Part shown: positions 11,871 to 21,815 of the stretch, one piece after another
Numbering within the stretch: the stretch's first letter is position 1
How the letters are laid out: the number at the start of each line of letters is the position of its first letter
Source: Candidatus Uhrbacteria bacterium
Lineage (GTDB): Bacteria; Patescibacteriota; Patescibacteriia; UBA9934; GWF2-40-263
NCBI GenBank assembly: GCA_026395055.1
Contig: JAPLZK010000003.1
Location: 35,855-99,854 of the forward strand
DNA length: 64,000 bases
Reading direction: 5' to 3'
Translations under genes and position numbers: made by a program
The notes under the pieces: generated by a model
What the model saw: the letters and a program-made list of their open reading frames with translations, nothing else
Database searches by the model: none
What the model was told of the DNA's origin: nothing

Positions 11871-11963
11871 GATCTTATGCTATGCCGATTGCACAAAATG
11901 TAAAGCAGAATTATCCACCGCAAAAGAAAAAACCACCTCGAACAGATCGAAAGTGGCAGAGAA

Positions 11964-12401
11964 CTAGGGGAACAGTTTTTGGATGAGGTCCGGGCTCAAC
12001 AAATGTTTGTTGGCACTGAGTCGACGCGCTTGCCTTGCGCATGCGATCGTATACAGCTCGCTGTCTGGGTAGAGGATGACGATCGTGCGCTGCATGGGGT
12101 CATGAGGTCTCCCTAATCCTGATTCCGTCATGAAGTCATCGAACGCCCTGTACCCAAAGGTGAACGTGCTGCTTCCTGTGTGTCGACGAGCAGGTTGATC
12201 AAATCCACCCCGAGGGATTTCCGGAAACAATGTCTCCATGAACGCGTTGAGCGCGTCAGGATCATAGATCGGCGTTGCAGGAGCTGTTAGGATGTAGACA
12301 AATCGCTTCCAATTATTTGCCTCCGCATCGACGCTGATGAACGGCGCAACGACGGATTGATTCGCACTTAGCCTGTCGATGTAAGGATGTTCTTTGTCCA
12401 C
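11964..12401 (-). CDS. Hypothetical protein
   Basis: 145-aa ORF, no motif recognised. Confidence 0.3.
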   Translation of the reverse strand: MDKEHPYIDRLSANQSVVAPFISVDAEANNWKRFVYILTAPATPIYDPDALNAFMETLFPEIPRGGFDQPARRHTGSSTFTFGYRAFDDFMTESGLGRPHDPMQRTIVILYPDSELYTIACARQARRLSANKHLLSPDLIQKLFP

Positions 12402-12457
12402 GGGTTTTCTCCAACTTGTTTTGGTGAATGAAAAGGGAACGAGTGGTGAGGTTATTC

Positions 12458-12826
12458 TTACAGTGCTTGCACTCCTTGCGGCTCACGACGGTAAAGATCA
12501 ATGACCAGGCTTGCGGCCCGATTCTTGTTCCAGGATTCATGGCTGCATCCTGCAGCCATTTGTGCTGTACGCGTTTCGCTTCGGCTCGACATCGCGATCA
12601 TGTGACCGTTGTAGAGTTTTCGCATGAGTTCGATGAGGTGACAGGTGTCTGTCGGGCCATCGAGCCAGCCATCGACAAGGACGGCAAAGAAATTGGCATC
12701 TGCTTTGACTGCTGTGAGCGCTTCTCCTTGCGTCCGCGCGGCCACAACCATGAAGCCATGATGTTCGAGTCGGTCTTGGAGCGCCAAGAGGGGAACTTCT
12801 TCATCTTCGATGACGAGAACTCGCAC
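12458..12826 (-). CDS. Single-domain response regulator (CheY-like receiver)
   Basis: 'MRVLVIEDEEV…AVLVDGWL…IAMSS' shows acidic pocket, acceptor Asp and Ser/Thr. No output domain. Confidence 0.6.
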   Translation of the reverse strand: MRVLVIEDEEVPLLALQDRLEHHGFMVVAARTQGEALTAVKADANFFAVLVDGWLDGPTDTCHLIELMRKLYNGHMIAMSSRSETRTAQMAAGCSHESWNKNRAASLVIDLYRREPQGVQAL

Positions 12827-12961
12827 GAGGAACCTCCTTTTTTGGGTATCAGATACAAAACCTGACGCTGAAAGATATCACAAAATGACCATTTTGTCAA
12901 TGAATCGTGCAGAATAATTGAGTTGGTGGTACTATTTAGGCAATTAATCATTACAATTTGT

Positions 12962-13339
12962 ATGCCCGAATCTCCCAAAATCATTTTGATTGTCGAAGAT
13001 GAGTCTTCGCTTTTACTTGTTTTACACGATCGACTGCAAGAGGACGGATTTAAGATTTTACAAGCAAAAAATGGAGCAGAGGCTCTCGCGCTCTCGCTTG
13101 CAGAGCATCCAGATCTTATTTTGCTTGATCTGCTTATGCCCGTTATGGACGGTATTTCCATGTTAAAGGTGTTGCGTGAAGATGCATGGGGAAAAAATGC
13201 AAAGATCATGGTTCTTACAAATTTGGGAGGAGAAGAAAAATTGGAAGAAGCGAAAGCACTTGGGGTGACAGATTATCTTATTAAAGCAGACTGGAAAATT
13301 GAAGAGGTCGTACAAAAAATCAAAAATAAAATCACCTAA
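12962..13339 (+). CDS. Single-domain response regulator (CheY-like receiver)
   Basis: 'KIILIVEDESS…DLILLDLLMPVMDG…IMVLTNLG…DYLIK' is canonical REC. Divergent from the other REC gene. Confidence 0.7.
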   Translation: MPESPKIILIVEDESSLLLVLHDRLQEDGFKILQAKNGAEALALSLAEHPDLILLDLLMPVMDGISMLKVLREDAWGKNAKIMVLTNLGGEEKLEEAKALGVTDYLIKADWKIEEVVQKIKNKIT

Positions 13340-13340
13340 C

Positions 13341-13372
13341 AAAAAACATCGGGCCAAGCCCGATGTTTTTTG
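13341..13372. terminator. Bidirectional intrinsic terminator (catcgggc caa gcccgatg + T-run)
   Basis: Perfect hairpin with A-run before and T-run after. Confidence 0.7.
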
Positions 13373-13945
13373 CTACCAAATAAATGGAATCAGTTTTTTG
13401 GAGTTCTTTTTGTATGCGGCATATTCTGAGGGGAACTGACGTGTCATGAGTGATTCTTCTTTTTGCATGCGTATAAGAAAGCCGATAAAGATCATGAGCG
13501 TTGCAAGATAACTCGACATTGTACCGATCGTCAGCGCAGTTCCAAGTGTCGCAAGGAAGTAGCCTGTATAAATTGGATGACGAACAAACTGATATGGTCC
13601 TGAGGTTATAAGTTTGTGATCTTCTTTGAGGGTGATGACAGCTCCAGACCAGTTTTTTCCAAGCGTGAGGCGTGCCCAAATGGCAAACGCAACAGCGCTT
13701 ATTGATAAAAGGACGCCAATGATTCCGAGCCATGTTGAGGTGGAGGTGATTTGTGCACCAAGGATTCCTTGAGGGAATGGATAAAAAAGAAAGAAGGGGG
13801 AGCCAAATAATAAAACGTTTGCAACAATTTGTGCAAGCGGGTTTGGAAGCCTGGTTGTTTTCTTGTTTCCAAATCCGAAATAGAACCAGACAGAACCCAT
13901 GATGAACCAACAGAGAATCGAAAGGGAAGTATAAATGGAGTACAT
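13373..13945 (-). CDS. Isoprenylcysteine carboxyl methyltransferase (ICMT)/phospholipid methyltransferase family membrane protein
   Basis: 'LITSGPYQFVRHPIYTGYFLATLG' matches the ICMT/PEMT signature. Confidence 0.65.
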   Translation of the reverse strand: MYSIYTSLSILCWFIMGSVWFYFGFGNKKTTRLPNPLAQIVANVLLFGSPFFLFYPFPQGILGAQITSTSTWLGIIGVLLSISAVAFAIWARLTLGKNWSGAVITLKEDHKLITSGPYQFVRHPIYTGYFLATLGTALTIGTMSSYLATLMIFIGFLIRMQKEESLMTRQFPSEYAAYKKNSKKLIPFIW

Positions 13946-14276
13946 AGGTTATAATTATAACACTATGAATGATTCAGAGATATCTTTTTCGGAACGTGTT
14001 TATACGATTGTTGCGCAAATCCCGTGTGGAAAGGTTGCTACATACGGTGATATTGCTAAACGATCAGGGAATGTAAAAGCCGCACGGGCCGTTGGAATGT
14101 GCATGAATAAAAATCGCGATACATATCGAGTTCCTTGTCATCGGGTTGTCGCCTCAACAGGTGAACTGACAGGATACGCGTTCGGAGGGGTTGAGGCAAA
14201 GAGGAAGAAGCTTCTCGAAGAAGGAATTGTGTTTGTTGGGGATCGAGTGGATCTTAAAAAATCGGAGTGGAAATAA
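13935..14276 (+). CDS. Methylated-DNA–protein-cysteine methyltransferase, DNA-binding/active-site domain only
   Basis: 'VPCHRVV' active-site Cys motif and 'YGDIA…RAVG' helix. 113 aa, so the C-terminal domain only. Confidence 0.7.
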   Translation: MEYIGYNYNTMNDSEISFSERVYTIVAQIPCGKVATYGDIAKRSGNVKAARAVGMCMNKNRDTYRVPCHRVVASTGELTGYAFGGVEAKRKKLLEEGIVFVGDRVDLKKSEWK

Positions 14277-14303
14277 AAAATCGACGAGAGAATCGTCGAC
14301 GAG

Positions 14304-14651
14304 TCATTGTCCTGGAAGCCGTGCCCCGTTTTTCTTTGCCCATTCAGCAAGCCGTCTCCAGATTTCCGGATCACCATCAGAGCTTTCCCACCCGGTTGCA
14401 ACAGGATTATGCGTTGATTTCGGCATGGTCACCGCACGGCGAAAGTGTTCCGGCATGCTGCAGTCAAGGTTGTCCTTATGGTCGGACAACCAGAATTCTT
14501 TGCCCCACGCCGTCAGTTTGAGTCCTCGCACGGCGACGGCATGAACAGTGAATCGTGTCCCTGCAGGGAACGTGATATCACCAACGTGTAGTTCGCGTAG
14601 ATTCTCGAGTTCGTCAAAGATGGTTACGTCGAGAGAATTGTTCCATCTCAT
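14304..14651 (-). CDS. Hypothetical protein (moderately GC-enriched)
   Basis: 115-aa ORF, no motif. Confidence 0.3.
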   Translation of the reverse strand: MRWNNSLDVTIFDELENLRELHVGDITFPAGTRFTVHAVAVRGLKLTAWGKEFWLSDHKDNLDCSMPEHFRRAVTMPKSTHNPVATGWESSDGDPEIWRRLAEWAKKNGARLPGQ

Positions 14652-15406
14652 GTTTTGGCCTCACTTGCCTGTTCCTGTTTCGACGGAACCCACGTCAGTT
14701 CGACGACGACGGGTTTATCTTCTTGCTCGAGAGGAGTTTGAAAATTGATAAGGAACAGTTCTTCAGTAGCGGAGAAACCCATTGTCTGGAAGTCTTCTAG
14801 AAAAGTGAAGTAAGCACCTTCTCTAAAAAAGATTTTTCCTTTGATAGGCTCTTCAACTTCAATGGGGATGTTTGCCATGAGTTTCAATTGATGCATCATT
14901 GGCAAAAAAAGTTCGAATGGTGGGCACATCATTAAATACCAATCGTCACCAAGAAGATAGGAGACGCTGAATTGAAGGTGGTGTGGATTTCCCTCAAAGA
15001 GATCATCAATGTCCGGCAGAGATTCAATGTGTTCCAGACTCGTGGTTGTGTGGTGCTCGGTCTGTTCCGGTGACACCCATTCGCTGAGTGTGAGCCGGAT
15101 TTTGGTTCCGTTACGACGTAACAGATCACGAAACAGCAGATCTGTCAGGCGTTTGATTGGAGAGTGATGGTTTCCTGATTCAACCTCCGCGAGTGATGGG
15201 GCATGAAAGGACATACGAAATAATCTTTGAAAGAAAAAGTAAATCTGTTCTTTCCAGGAAAATTGACGTACGCCTTCTACAAAGAGTGTTTTAAAACATT
15301 CTTTGCAAAAACCTTCTGTTGAAACGGCGGAGAATAGAAGAAACGATTCTCGTTCGTTTTGACAATGATTACAAAGAATCATTTTTGAAATAGTTCCCTG
15401 TGTCAT
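14648..15406 (-). CDS. Hypothetical protein
   Basis: 252-aa ORF with N-terminal Cys pairs (CNHC…CKEC). Confidence 0.35.
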   Translation of the reverse strand: MTQGTISKMILCNHCQNERESFLLFSAVSTEGFCKECFKTLFVEGVRQFSWKEQIYFFFQRLFRMSFHAPSLAEVESGNHHSPIKRLTDLLFRDLLRRNGTKIRLTLSEWVSPEQTEHHTTTSLEHIESLPDIDDLFEGNPHHLQFSVSYLLGDDWYLMMCPPFELFLPMMHQLKLMANIPIEVEEPIKGKIFFREGAYFTFLEDFQTMGFSATEELFLINFQTPLEQEDKPVVVELTWVPSKQEQASEAKT

Positions 15407-15508
15407 GTTGTCACCTCCAAACGGATCTTAGCAAGGAATTGGAGAAAGTCCAATATCCGATCGAATGCCAGATAAAAACACCGAACGAAATTGTTCGGTG
15501 TTTTTATC

Positions 15509-15597
15509 TGGCGGAGAGGAGAGGATTCGAACCTCCGATACCTTGCGGTATACGGTCTTTCCAGGACCGCGCACTAGACCAACTATGCGACCTCTCC
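15509..15597 (-). tRNA. tRNA-Ser (anticodon GGA), long variable arm, encoded CCA
   Basis: Reverse complement reads GGAGAGG…GCGCGGTC-CTGGAAA-GACCG…GGAGGTTCGAATCCTCTCCTCTCC-G-CCA. Followed by a bidirectional terminator hairpin at 15481–15498. Confidence 0.85.
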
Positions 15598-15658
15598 ATG
15601 ACTGGCAGAAATATACCTGATGCGCTAAAATTGATCAAGAATAAACTCATCTATTGAT

Positions 15659-16390
15659 ATGGACTCAAACAAAACCGGCGTCATTGTAGGAAGCTTTGTT
15701 CTTGCTCTCGGGCTCATCGCCGCATCCTATATTGCGTCATCAACCGTGATGCAAGCAAAAGCCTTGCAGGATGCAACCATTACCATGACCGGATCCGCGA
15801 AGGCAACGGTGCATTCAGATCTTGTAAAATGGACGGGAAGTTTTTCGCGCACGGTAAATATTGATCAAGTGAAAGATGGGTATACACAAATGAAAACAGA
15901 TCAGACAAATCTGGAAGCATTTTTGACGAAGAACGGAATGGCGGCAACAGATTATAAAATTTCGCCCGTCTTCATGAGTCAGGTGTATAAGCAGTACGAC
16001 ACTTCGCCTATTCAATATACGCTTTCACAAAATCTTGAGCTGAGCGGAACAGACCTCACAAAAGTTGAAGCACTTCCAAAACATCTTCAAGATTTAATCA
16101 ATCTTGGTATTTTGTTTTCTTCAAACAACCTCGAGTACTACTATACGAAACTTCCTGACCAACGCGTCGCGCTTCTCTCGGATGCGGTCGGAGATGCAAA
16201 AACACGTGCAGAACAGATCGCAAAGAGTTCTGGATTACATGTTGGTGCCATTCGATCAGCAAGTATGGGCGTTGTTCAGGTACTGCCTCCAAACTCAACA
16301 GATGTTTCTGACTATGGTTCTTATGATACGTCGAGCGTAGACAAAGATATTATGGTTACGGTCAAAACCGTTTTCAATTTAGAAAAATAA
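15659..16390 (+). CDS. SIMPL/DUF541 family periplasmic protein
   Basis: N-terminal TM anchor and 'TGSAKATVHSDLVKWTGSFSR…' SIMPL-like pattern. Confidence 0.55.
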   Translation: MDSNKTGVIVGSFVLALGLIAASYIASSTVMQAKALQDATITMTGSAKATVHSDLVKWTGSFSRTVNIDQVKDGYTQMKTDQTNLEAFLTKNGMAATDYKISPVFMSQVYKQYDTSPIQYTLSQNLELSGTDLTKVEALPKHLQDLINLGILFSSNNLEYYYTKLPDQRVALLSDAVGDAKTRAEQIAKSSGLHVGAIRSASMGVVQVLPPNSTDVSDYGSYDTSSVDKDIMVTVKTVFNLEK

Positions 16391-16391
16391 T

Positions 16392-17981
16392 ATGAAATGG
16401 AAGTTGCCACTTGGAATGGTCGTTGTTCTCGCGCTCGGTGCTGGTGGATATTACGTGTATCAAAATCAACAACCAAAAGATGTTACGATGGTCGTTCATC
16501 CATCTGAATTTATTCAGCAGGTTTCGATTTCTGGAAAAGTTATTCCAACAGAACAATTGGATCTTTCCTTTGAACAAAGTGGTCGTATCAAAAATGTTTC
16601 TGCAAAATTGAGTGATGTTGTTTCGGCAAATCAACTCCTTGCAAGTCAGGACACTTCACAACTCGATGCGCAGCTCCAGGGCATTCAAGCAAACATTGAT
16701 TTGCAAAAAGCAAAGTTGAATCAATTTTTATCTGGTGTTTCTTCTGAAGACCTTGCGCTCGCACAAACATCTGTCACAAATGCAGAAACAGCCGTTTCAA
16801 ACGCAAATGACTCTTTGCAAAATGCGGAACAGGGGTTGGTAGACGTCATTCAAAGTGCGTACACAAAATCCGATGACGCCGTTTCAAATAAAGCAGATCA
16901 GTTTTTTTCCAATCCAAGATCCGCGAACCCATCGGTAAATCTGAGCAACATTGGTTCTATTGCCGCTGATCTTAATACAGAACGTCTTTCTATAGGAACT
17001 CTATTACATGCATGGAATAGTTCTGTGAGTGATTTGACGGTGGACGGTGATTTATTTGCACGCACCGCAGAAGCAAAGCGAAACCTGAATCAGATGCAGG
17101 GCTTTTTTGAAAATCTTTCAACGGCCGTGAATAATCCAAATGTCTGTCTTGTGACAACAAGTTCGTCCTGCGTTACGGTATCTGCTTCGGCAAAATCTGA
17201 TGTTTCTACTGCTCGCACAACGTTAAGTTCTGCGATGAGTGCTGTCACGGCAGCAGAAGGTGTGTTAAATACAGCAAAGTCGTCTTTGAAAACGGCACAA
17301 GGAAATTTAAAAATCGCCAAAGATCAACTCACCATTAAGCAAGCTCCTCCTCGTACATCAGATATTTCTGTGTATCAAGCACAGGTAAAACAGGCGGAAG
17401 TAAGCAAAGCAGATTTGATTGCACAATTAAACAAAAAACAAATTCATGCTCCCATTCCAGGCGTAATCACAAATATGGAGGCAAAGGTAGGAAAAATTGC
17501 AGGAGCAAACCAACCTGTTATTTCCATGATCAGTTCTGACGCGCTGGAAATTGAAAGCTATGTTCCGGAAAAGAATTTGCCCTTCGTTAAAATTGGAGAT
17601 GTTGCAAATGTAACATTGGATGCGTATGGAGAAGATGTTGTGTTTGTCACAAAAGTTTTGTCTATCGATCCAGCAGAAACCGTTAAGGATGGTGTGACCA
17701 CGTATCGTATCGTCTTGCAATTTGTGACACAAGATTCTCGCGTGAAACCTGGAATGACCGCGAACGTCATTGTGAATACAGAAAAGAAATCAAATGTCAT
17801 TTCTGTCCCTCAAGGAATTATTCAGTATGACAAGGGAAATAAAGTTGTGCAGGTCAAAGAGGGAAACTCCATTCATTATCGAACGGTACAAACGGGAAGT
17901 ATTTCTACCGTAGGTTCCATTGAGATCACGTCGGGGTTGAATGACGGAGACGTTGTTGTCTTGAAACAGGCGGGAAAATAA
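16392..17981 (+). CDS. HlyD/MacA-type periplasmic adaptor (membrane fusion protein)
   Basis: N-terminal TM, long coiled-coil, lipoyl-like and β-barrel regions ('HAPIPGVITNMEAKVG'). Directly upstream of the ABC permease and ATPase. Confidence 0.7.
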   Translation: MKWKLPLGMVVVLALGAGGYYVYQNQQPKDVTMVVHPSEFIQQVSISGKVIPTEQLDLSFEQSGRIKNVSAKLSDVVSANQLLASQDTSQLDAQLQGIQANIDLQKAKLNQFLSGVSSEDLALAQTSVTNAETAVSNANDSLQNAEQGLVDVIQSAYTKSDDAVSNKADQFFSNPRSANPSVNLSNIGSIAADLNTERLSIGTLLHAWNSSVSDLTVDGDLFARTAEAKRNLNQMQGFFENLSTAVNNPNVCLVTTSSSCVTVSASAKSDVSTARTTLSSAMSAVTAAEGVLNTAKSSLKTAQGNLKIAKDQLTIKQAPPRTSDISVYQAQVKQAEVSKADLIAQLNKKQIHAPIPGVITNMEAKVGKIAGANQPVISMISSDALEIESYVPEKNLPFVKIGDVANVTLDAYGEDVVFVTKVLSIDPAETVKDGVTTYRIVLQFVTQDSRVKPGMTANVIVNTEKKSNVISVPQGIIQYDKGNKVVQVKEGNSIHYRTVQTGSISTVGSIEITSGLNDGDVVVLKQAGK

Positions 17982-17982
17982 T

Positions 17983-19236
17983 ATGGTGAACTTGCTTGAT
18001 ATTCAGATTGGTTTCTTTTTGGCGAAGCGTCAAATCATGCGCGCGAGTCTGTGGACCACGGGTCTCATTGTGTTCGTGATGATCCTTACGTTTCTGAACT
18101 TGGTTGTTGTGAGCGGAATTCTTGTTGGGTTGATTCAAGGTTCCGTGAATCAACACCACGATCAATATACAGGAGACGTCATCATTTCATCGCTTACGGA
18201 TAAAAAATATATTGAAAATAGTCCGGGGGTGATTTCCATGATCCAAGCAATTCCAGAGGTAGATAGATATTCCGCGCGCTACAGAAGTGGGGGAACGTTA
18301 GAAGCGAATTACAAATTGAAAAAAGAAACAGATCAGCCAAATACGGCCGGCGCACAAATCGTTGGCATTGATCCCGCAAAAGAAGATGCCCTTACGGGGT
18401 TATCAAGTAAAGTCATTGAAGGGGAATATCTTTTACCTTCCGATTTCGATAAGGTTTTGATCGGTTCGTATTTGCTTAAACGATTTGTCCCCGTTGATAA
18501 CCCAGGGTTTGCTGCATTGAAAGATGTGTATCCCGGAACGGTTATTCGTTTGAGTGTAAATGGGATTACACGTGAAGTAACCGTGAAAGGTGTGATCAAA
18601 AGTAAAGTTGGTGACGTTGGTCAAAGTCTCTACATGGTTGATTCTCAGTTGCGAAGTTTAATTGGAAGAAATGATGGCAACGTGGCAGAAATTGCGATGA
18701 AGGTAAAACCAGGAGTGAATCCATCGGATGTGCGTGATGCGCTTATTCGAAATGGGGCAGATCGTCTTGGAAAAGTTCAGACGTTTGAAGATGCACAGCC
18801 AAAGTTTTTGAAAGACATGATTCAAACGTTCTCAACGCTTGGCGCCATGTTGAGTTCTATCGGTCTTGTTGTTGCGGCGATTACGATTTTCATCGTGATC
18901 TTTATCAACGCAGTGACACGCAGAAAATACATTGGAATTTTAAAAGGAATTGGGATTCATGGACACGTGATTGAAATCTCTTATATTTTTCAATCCATCT
19001 TTTACGCCGTATGCGGATCGGCGATCGGATTGATCATCGTTTATATTTTACTTGTTCCCATTTTTGCCGTGCACCCAATTGATTTTCCGTTTAGCGATGG
19101 AATCCTTGTGGCTCCCCTAGGTGAAACGTTTTTCCGTGTTGGATTGCTTGTCCTCTCGACACTCATTGCTGGATACATTCCGGCTCGTATGATCGTGCGC
19201 AAAAATACCCTTGATTCCATTTTGGGAAGAAATTAA
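17983..19236 (+). CDS. ABC transporter permease (FtsX/MacB-like)
   Basis: 417 aa. N-terminal TM, large periplasmic domain, three C-terminal TMs. Confidence 0.7.
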   Translation: MVNLLDIQIGFFLAKRQIMRASLWTTGLIVFVMILTFLNLVVVSGILVGLIQGSVNQHHDQYTGDVIISSLTDKKYIENSPGVISMIQAIPEVDRYSARYRSGGTLEANYKLKKETDQPNTAGAQIVGIDPAKEDALTGLSSKVIEGEYLLPSDFDKVLIGSYLLKRFVPVDNPGFAALKDVYPGTVIRLSVNGITREVTVKGVIKSKVGDVGQSLYMVDSQLRSLIGRNDGNVAEIAMKVKPGVNPSDVRDALIRNGADRLGKVQTFEDAQPKFLKDMIQTFSTLGAMLSSIGLVVAAITIFIVIFINAVTRRKYIGILKGIGIHGHVIEISYIFQSIFYAVCGSAIGLIIVYILLVPIFAVHPIDFPFSDGILVAPLGETFFRVGLLVLSTLIAGYIPARMIVRKNTLDSILGRN

Positions 19237-19240
19237 TTTT

Positions 19241-19918
19241 ATGATCGAAGTCAAACAACTCAAACGATCATTCAAAGATGGAGATCGTCAAATTGACGTG
19301 TTGAAGGGAATTGATTTTCGGGCAGAGACCGGAGAGTTTATTTCGATTATGGGAAGATCTGGTGCGGGAAAGAGTACGCTTTTGTATCAGATGAGTTTGC
19401 TTGATTATCCAACGAGCGGGGAAATCATCATTGATGATGTGGCAACAGAAAATCTTCATGCAGATGCACGTACAAATTTTCGCCTCACACACTTTGGATA
19501 TGTGTTTCAAGATTACGCCCTCCTTCCAGAACTGACAGCGATTGATAATGTTGTTTTGCCGCTTCTTATGCAAGGGGTCGAAAAGAAGAAAGCGTACGAG
19601 CGGGCGACTGAGACACTAACGATTGTTGGACTCGGACATCGATTGGAAAATATTCCAAGCAAAATGTCTGGGGGAGAACAGCAGCGTGTCAGTATTGCAC
19701 GCGGCATTGTGCATCACCCAAAGATTTTGTTCGCAGATGAACCTACAGCAAACTTGGATAACGAATCGTCGGCGACGGTCATGAAACTGTTTCAACAACT
19801 CAACAAAGAAGGTCAGACCATTATTATGGTTACACATGAACCGGAATATGCGAAATTGGCAGATAGGATTGTGAAGATTGATGATGGAAGAATTTTATCG
19901 ATACAGAAAAATCATTAA
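19241..19918 (+). CDS. ABC transporter ATP-binding protein (MacB/LolD-like)
   Basis: Walker A 'GRSGAGKSTLL', signature 'LSGGEQQRVSIARG', Walker B 'ILFADEPT'. Internal ATG chosen; the track ORF starts at 19211. Confidence 0.85.
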   Translation: MIEVKQLKRSFKDGDRQIDVLKGIDFRAETGEFISIMGRSGAGKSTLLYQMSLLDYPTSGEIIIDDVATENLHADARTNFRLTHFGYVFQDYALLPELTAIDNVVLPLLMQGVEKKKAYERATETLTIVGLGHRLENIPSKMSGGEQQRVSIARGIVHHPKILFADEPTANLDNESSATVMKLFQQLNKEGQTIIMVTHEPEYAKLADRIVKIDDGRILSIQKNH

Positions 19919-19939
19919 ACTCTCATCGGGGAGTTTTTT

Positions 19940-21676
19940 GTGTATAAATATGCATTGGCAAGACGGAGACAAAAGAATATCATGATGGAGTACTTTATAT
20001 TTTTTCGTATGAAATCTTTTTTTTCGCACATTCGGTTCAATTGGAAATCCGGGTTAACGGTTTCGCTCGTTGCGATTCCGCTTTCTATCTCACTCGCTGT
20101 TGCGGCGGGGGCGACACCAACACAAGGAATTATTACGGCCATGTGGGCCGGTGTGATCGCGGGGCTTTTTGGTGGAAGCAATTTTAATATCATGGGGCCT
20201 ACAGGTGCGTTGTCTGGGGTGTTGGCAACATTCGTCTTCATGAATGGAATCGGGAGCTTGCCCATATTGTCTATAATCGTGGGTGTTGTCATCTTGCTTG
20301 CGTGGGCATTGCATTTTGAACGGTATCTTATTTACATCCCTGCAAATACCATCCAAGGATTCACCATTGGTGTTGCGTTCACCATCGCATTCAATCAATT
20401 CAATTTCGCCTTTGGGTTATCCGGGTTGCCAAAGCATGAGACCTTTCTTGCAAACCTTCTTGAGTCATTTAAACATATCAGTTCTGCTTCGTGGCAAGCT
20501 TCCCTCGTCTTTTTTAGTTTCTTTTGCCTTTTGTTTATCGTGGATTTTCTGTGGAAAAAGATGAAATCCGTTCCATACATTCCAGCAGCGGCTTTGCTTG
20601 CTCCGTTTGGTATTTTGCTTGGCTATTTATCGCAAACACATCAAATTCCGCTTACGGTTCAAACGCTTGGAATGCGTTTTACGGATTTATCGCCAAGATT
20701 TTTTCTCCCATTTTCTTTTCGTGTTGATTGGAATCTTTCTTTTTTGTCGACGGTTCTCACAATCGCTCTTATTGCGATTATCGAAACCATGTTATCGGCA
20801 AAGATTGCGGACGGCATGACAAAAACCAAGCACAACAAACGAAAAGAAATGTTCGGACTTGGACTCGCAAATATTGTTTCAGGGTTCGCTGGAGGAATTC
20901 CCGCGACCGCTGCATTAGCACGTACATCCTTGAACATCAAAAGTGGAGCGACGCATAAAACGTCCGCGGTCATGAGTGCTATGTTTGTGGCGATCATTTC
21001 ATTATTCCTGCTTCCATACTTTTCCTACATCCCACTTCCGGTCGTCGCGGCCATCCTTGTTGTTGTCGCGGTTCGCATGGTTGAGCGCGAACATTTGAAA
21101 CGCATGTTCAAGATTGATCGCAAAAGTTTTTACATTGCCATGATTGTTGCGGTCGTGACTGTTTGGATCGATCCAATGATCGGAATCTTGGTTGGAGCAT
21201 CCGTATCGCTCGTGATCTTTCTTGACACACTTTCGCATGGACAATTTGAACTAACGGCAAATGATAAAAATAAAAAGATTGTCGGTACCGTCTCGGGAGA
21301 CACCATGAAGAAACTTTCAAAGAAGACCCATACACTCATTTATTCGATCAAAGGTCATTTGACGTACGTCGATAGTCAAGCACATATCGCACGCTTTGAA
21401 TCAGATCTGACCGGGTATGAGCATGTTATTTTGCGCTTGCGTGAACTGTATTTTGTGGATTTGGATGGACTCGATGCCTTTGATGAAATTGTGAACCTTA
21501 TTCAAGCCAAAGGAAAACAGGTCTATATCAGCGGAACCAATCCACTCATTATCTCCATGATGCGTGAAAGTCACGTGTTTAAAAAATTACAAAAATGTGA
21601 TGTTGTTTACGCACACACCTCAGACGCGCTCCGAGAGTTAGGATTCCATTCGGGTGTGAAGCATGAGTATTGTTAG
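19940..21676 (+). CDS. SulP-family anion permease with C-terminal STAS domain
   Basis: Polytopic N-terminus with 'GLFGGSNFNIMGPTGALS' and a C-terminal STAS-like region. Confidence 0.7.
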   Translation: MYKYALARRRQKNIMMEYFIFFRMKSFFSHIRFNWKSGLTVSLVAIPLSISLAVAAGATPTQGIITAMWAGVIAGLFGGSNFNIMGPTGALSGVLATFVFMNGIGSLPILSIIVGVVILLAWALHFERYLIYIPANTIQGFTIGVAFTIAFNQFNFAFGLSGLPKHETFLANLLESFKHISSASWQASLVFFSFFCLLFIVDFLWKKMKSVPYIPAAALLAPFGILLGYLSQTHQIPLTVQTLGMRFTDLSPRFFLPFSFRVDWNLSFLSTVLTIALIAIIETMLSAKIADGMTKTKHNKRKEMFGLGLANIVSGFAGGIPATAALARTSLNIKSGATHKTSAVMSAMFVAIISLFLLPYFSYIPLPVVAAILVVVAVRMVEREHLKRMFKIDRKSFYIAMIVAVVTVWIDPMIGILVGASVSLVIFLDTLSHGQFELTANDKNKKIVGTVSGDTMKKLSKKTHTLIYSIKGHLTYVDSQAHIARFESDLTGYEHVILRLRELYFVDLDGLDAFDEIVNLIQAKGKQVYISGTNPLIISMMRESHVFKKLQKCDVVYAHTSDALRELGFHSGVKHEYC

Positions 21677-21815
21677 GTGTTTTATAAACGTGTTTGTTTG
21701 CGGATTCGAGAAAAAATGGAGAGTTAGCTTGACCGATTTCAAAAATTCTTTATAGTTGAGCGGAATCCTAACAAGGTGTTTGGGTTCCAGTGTCCGTGAC
21801 TTGTAGGGGGATCTC

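Noticed and set aside
12598-13209. 203-aa minus-strand ORF antisense to the two REC genes
   Set aside because: Ser/Cys-rich low-complexity translation overlapping two well-supported receiver genes on opposite strands. Spurious.
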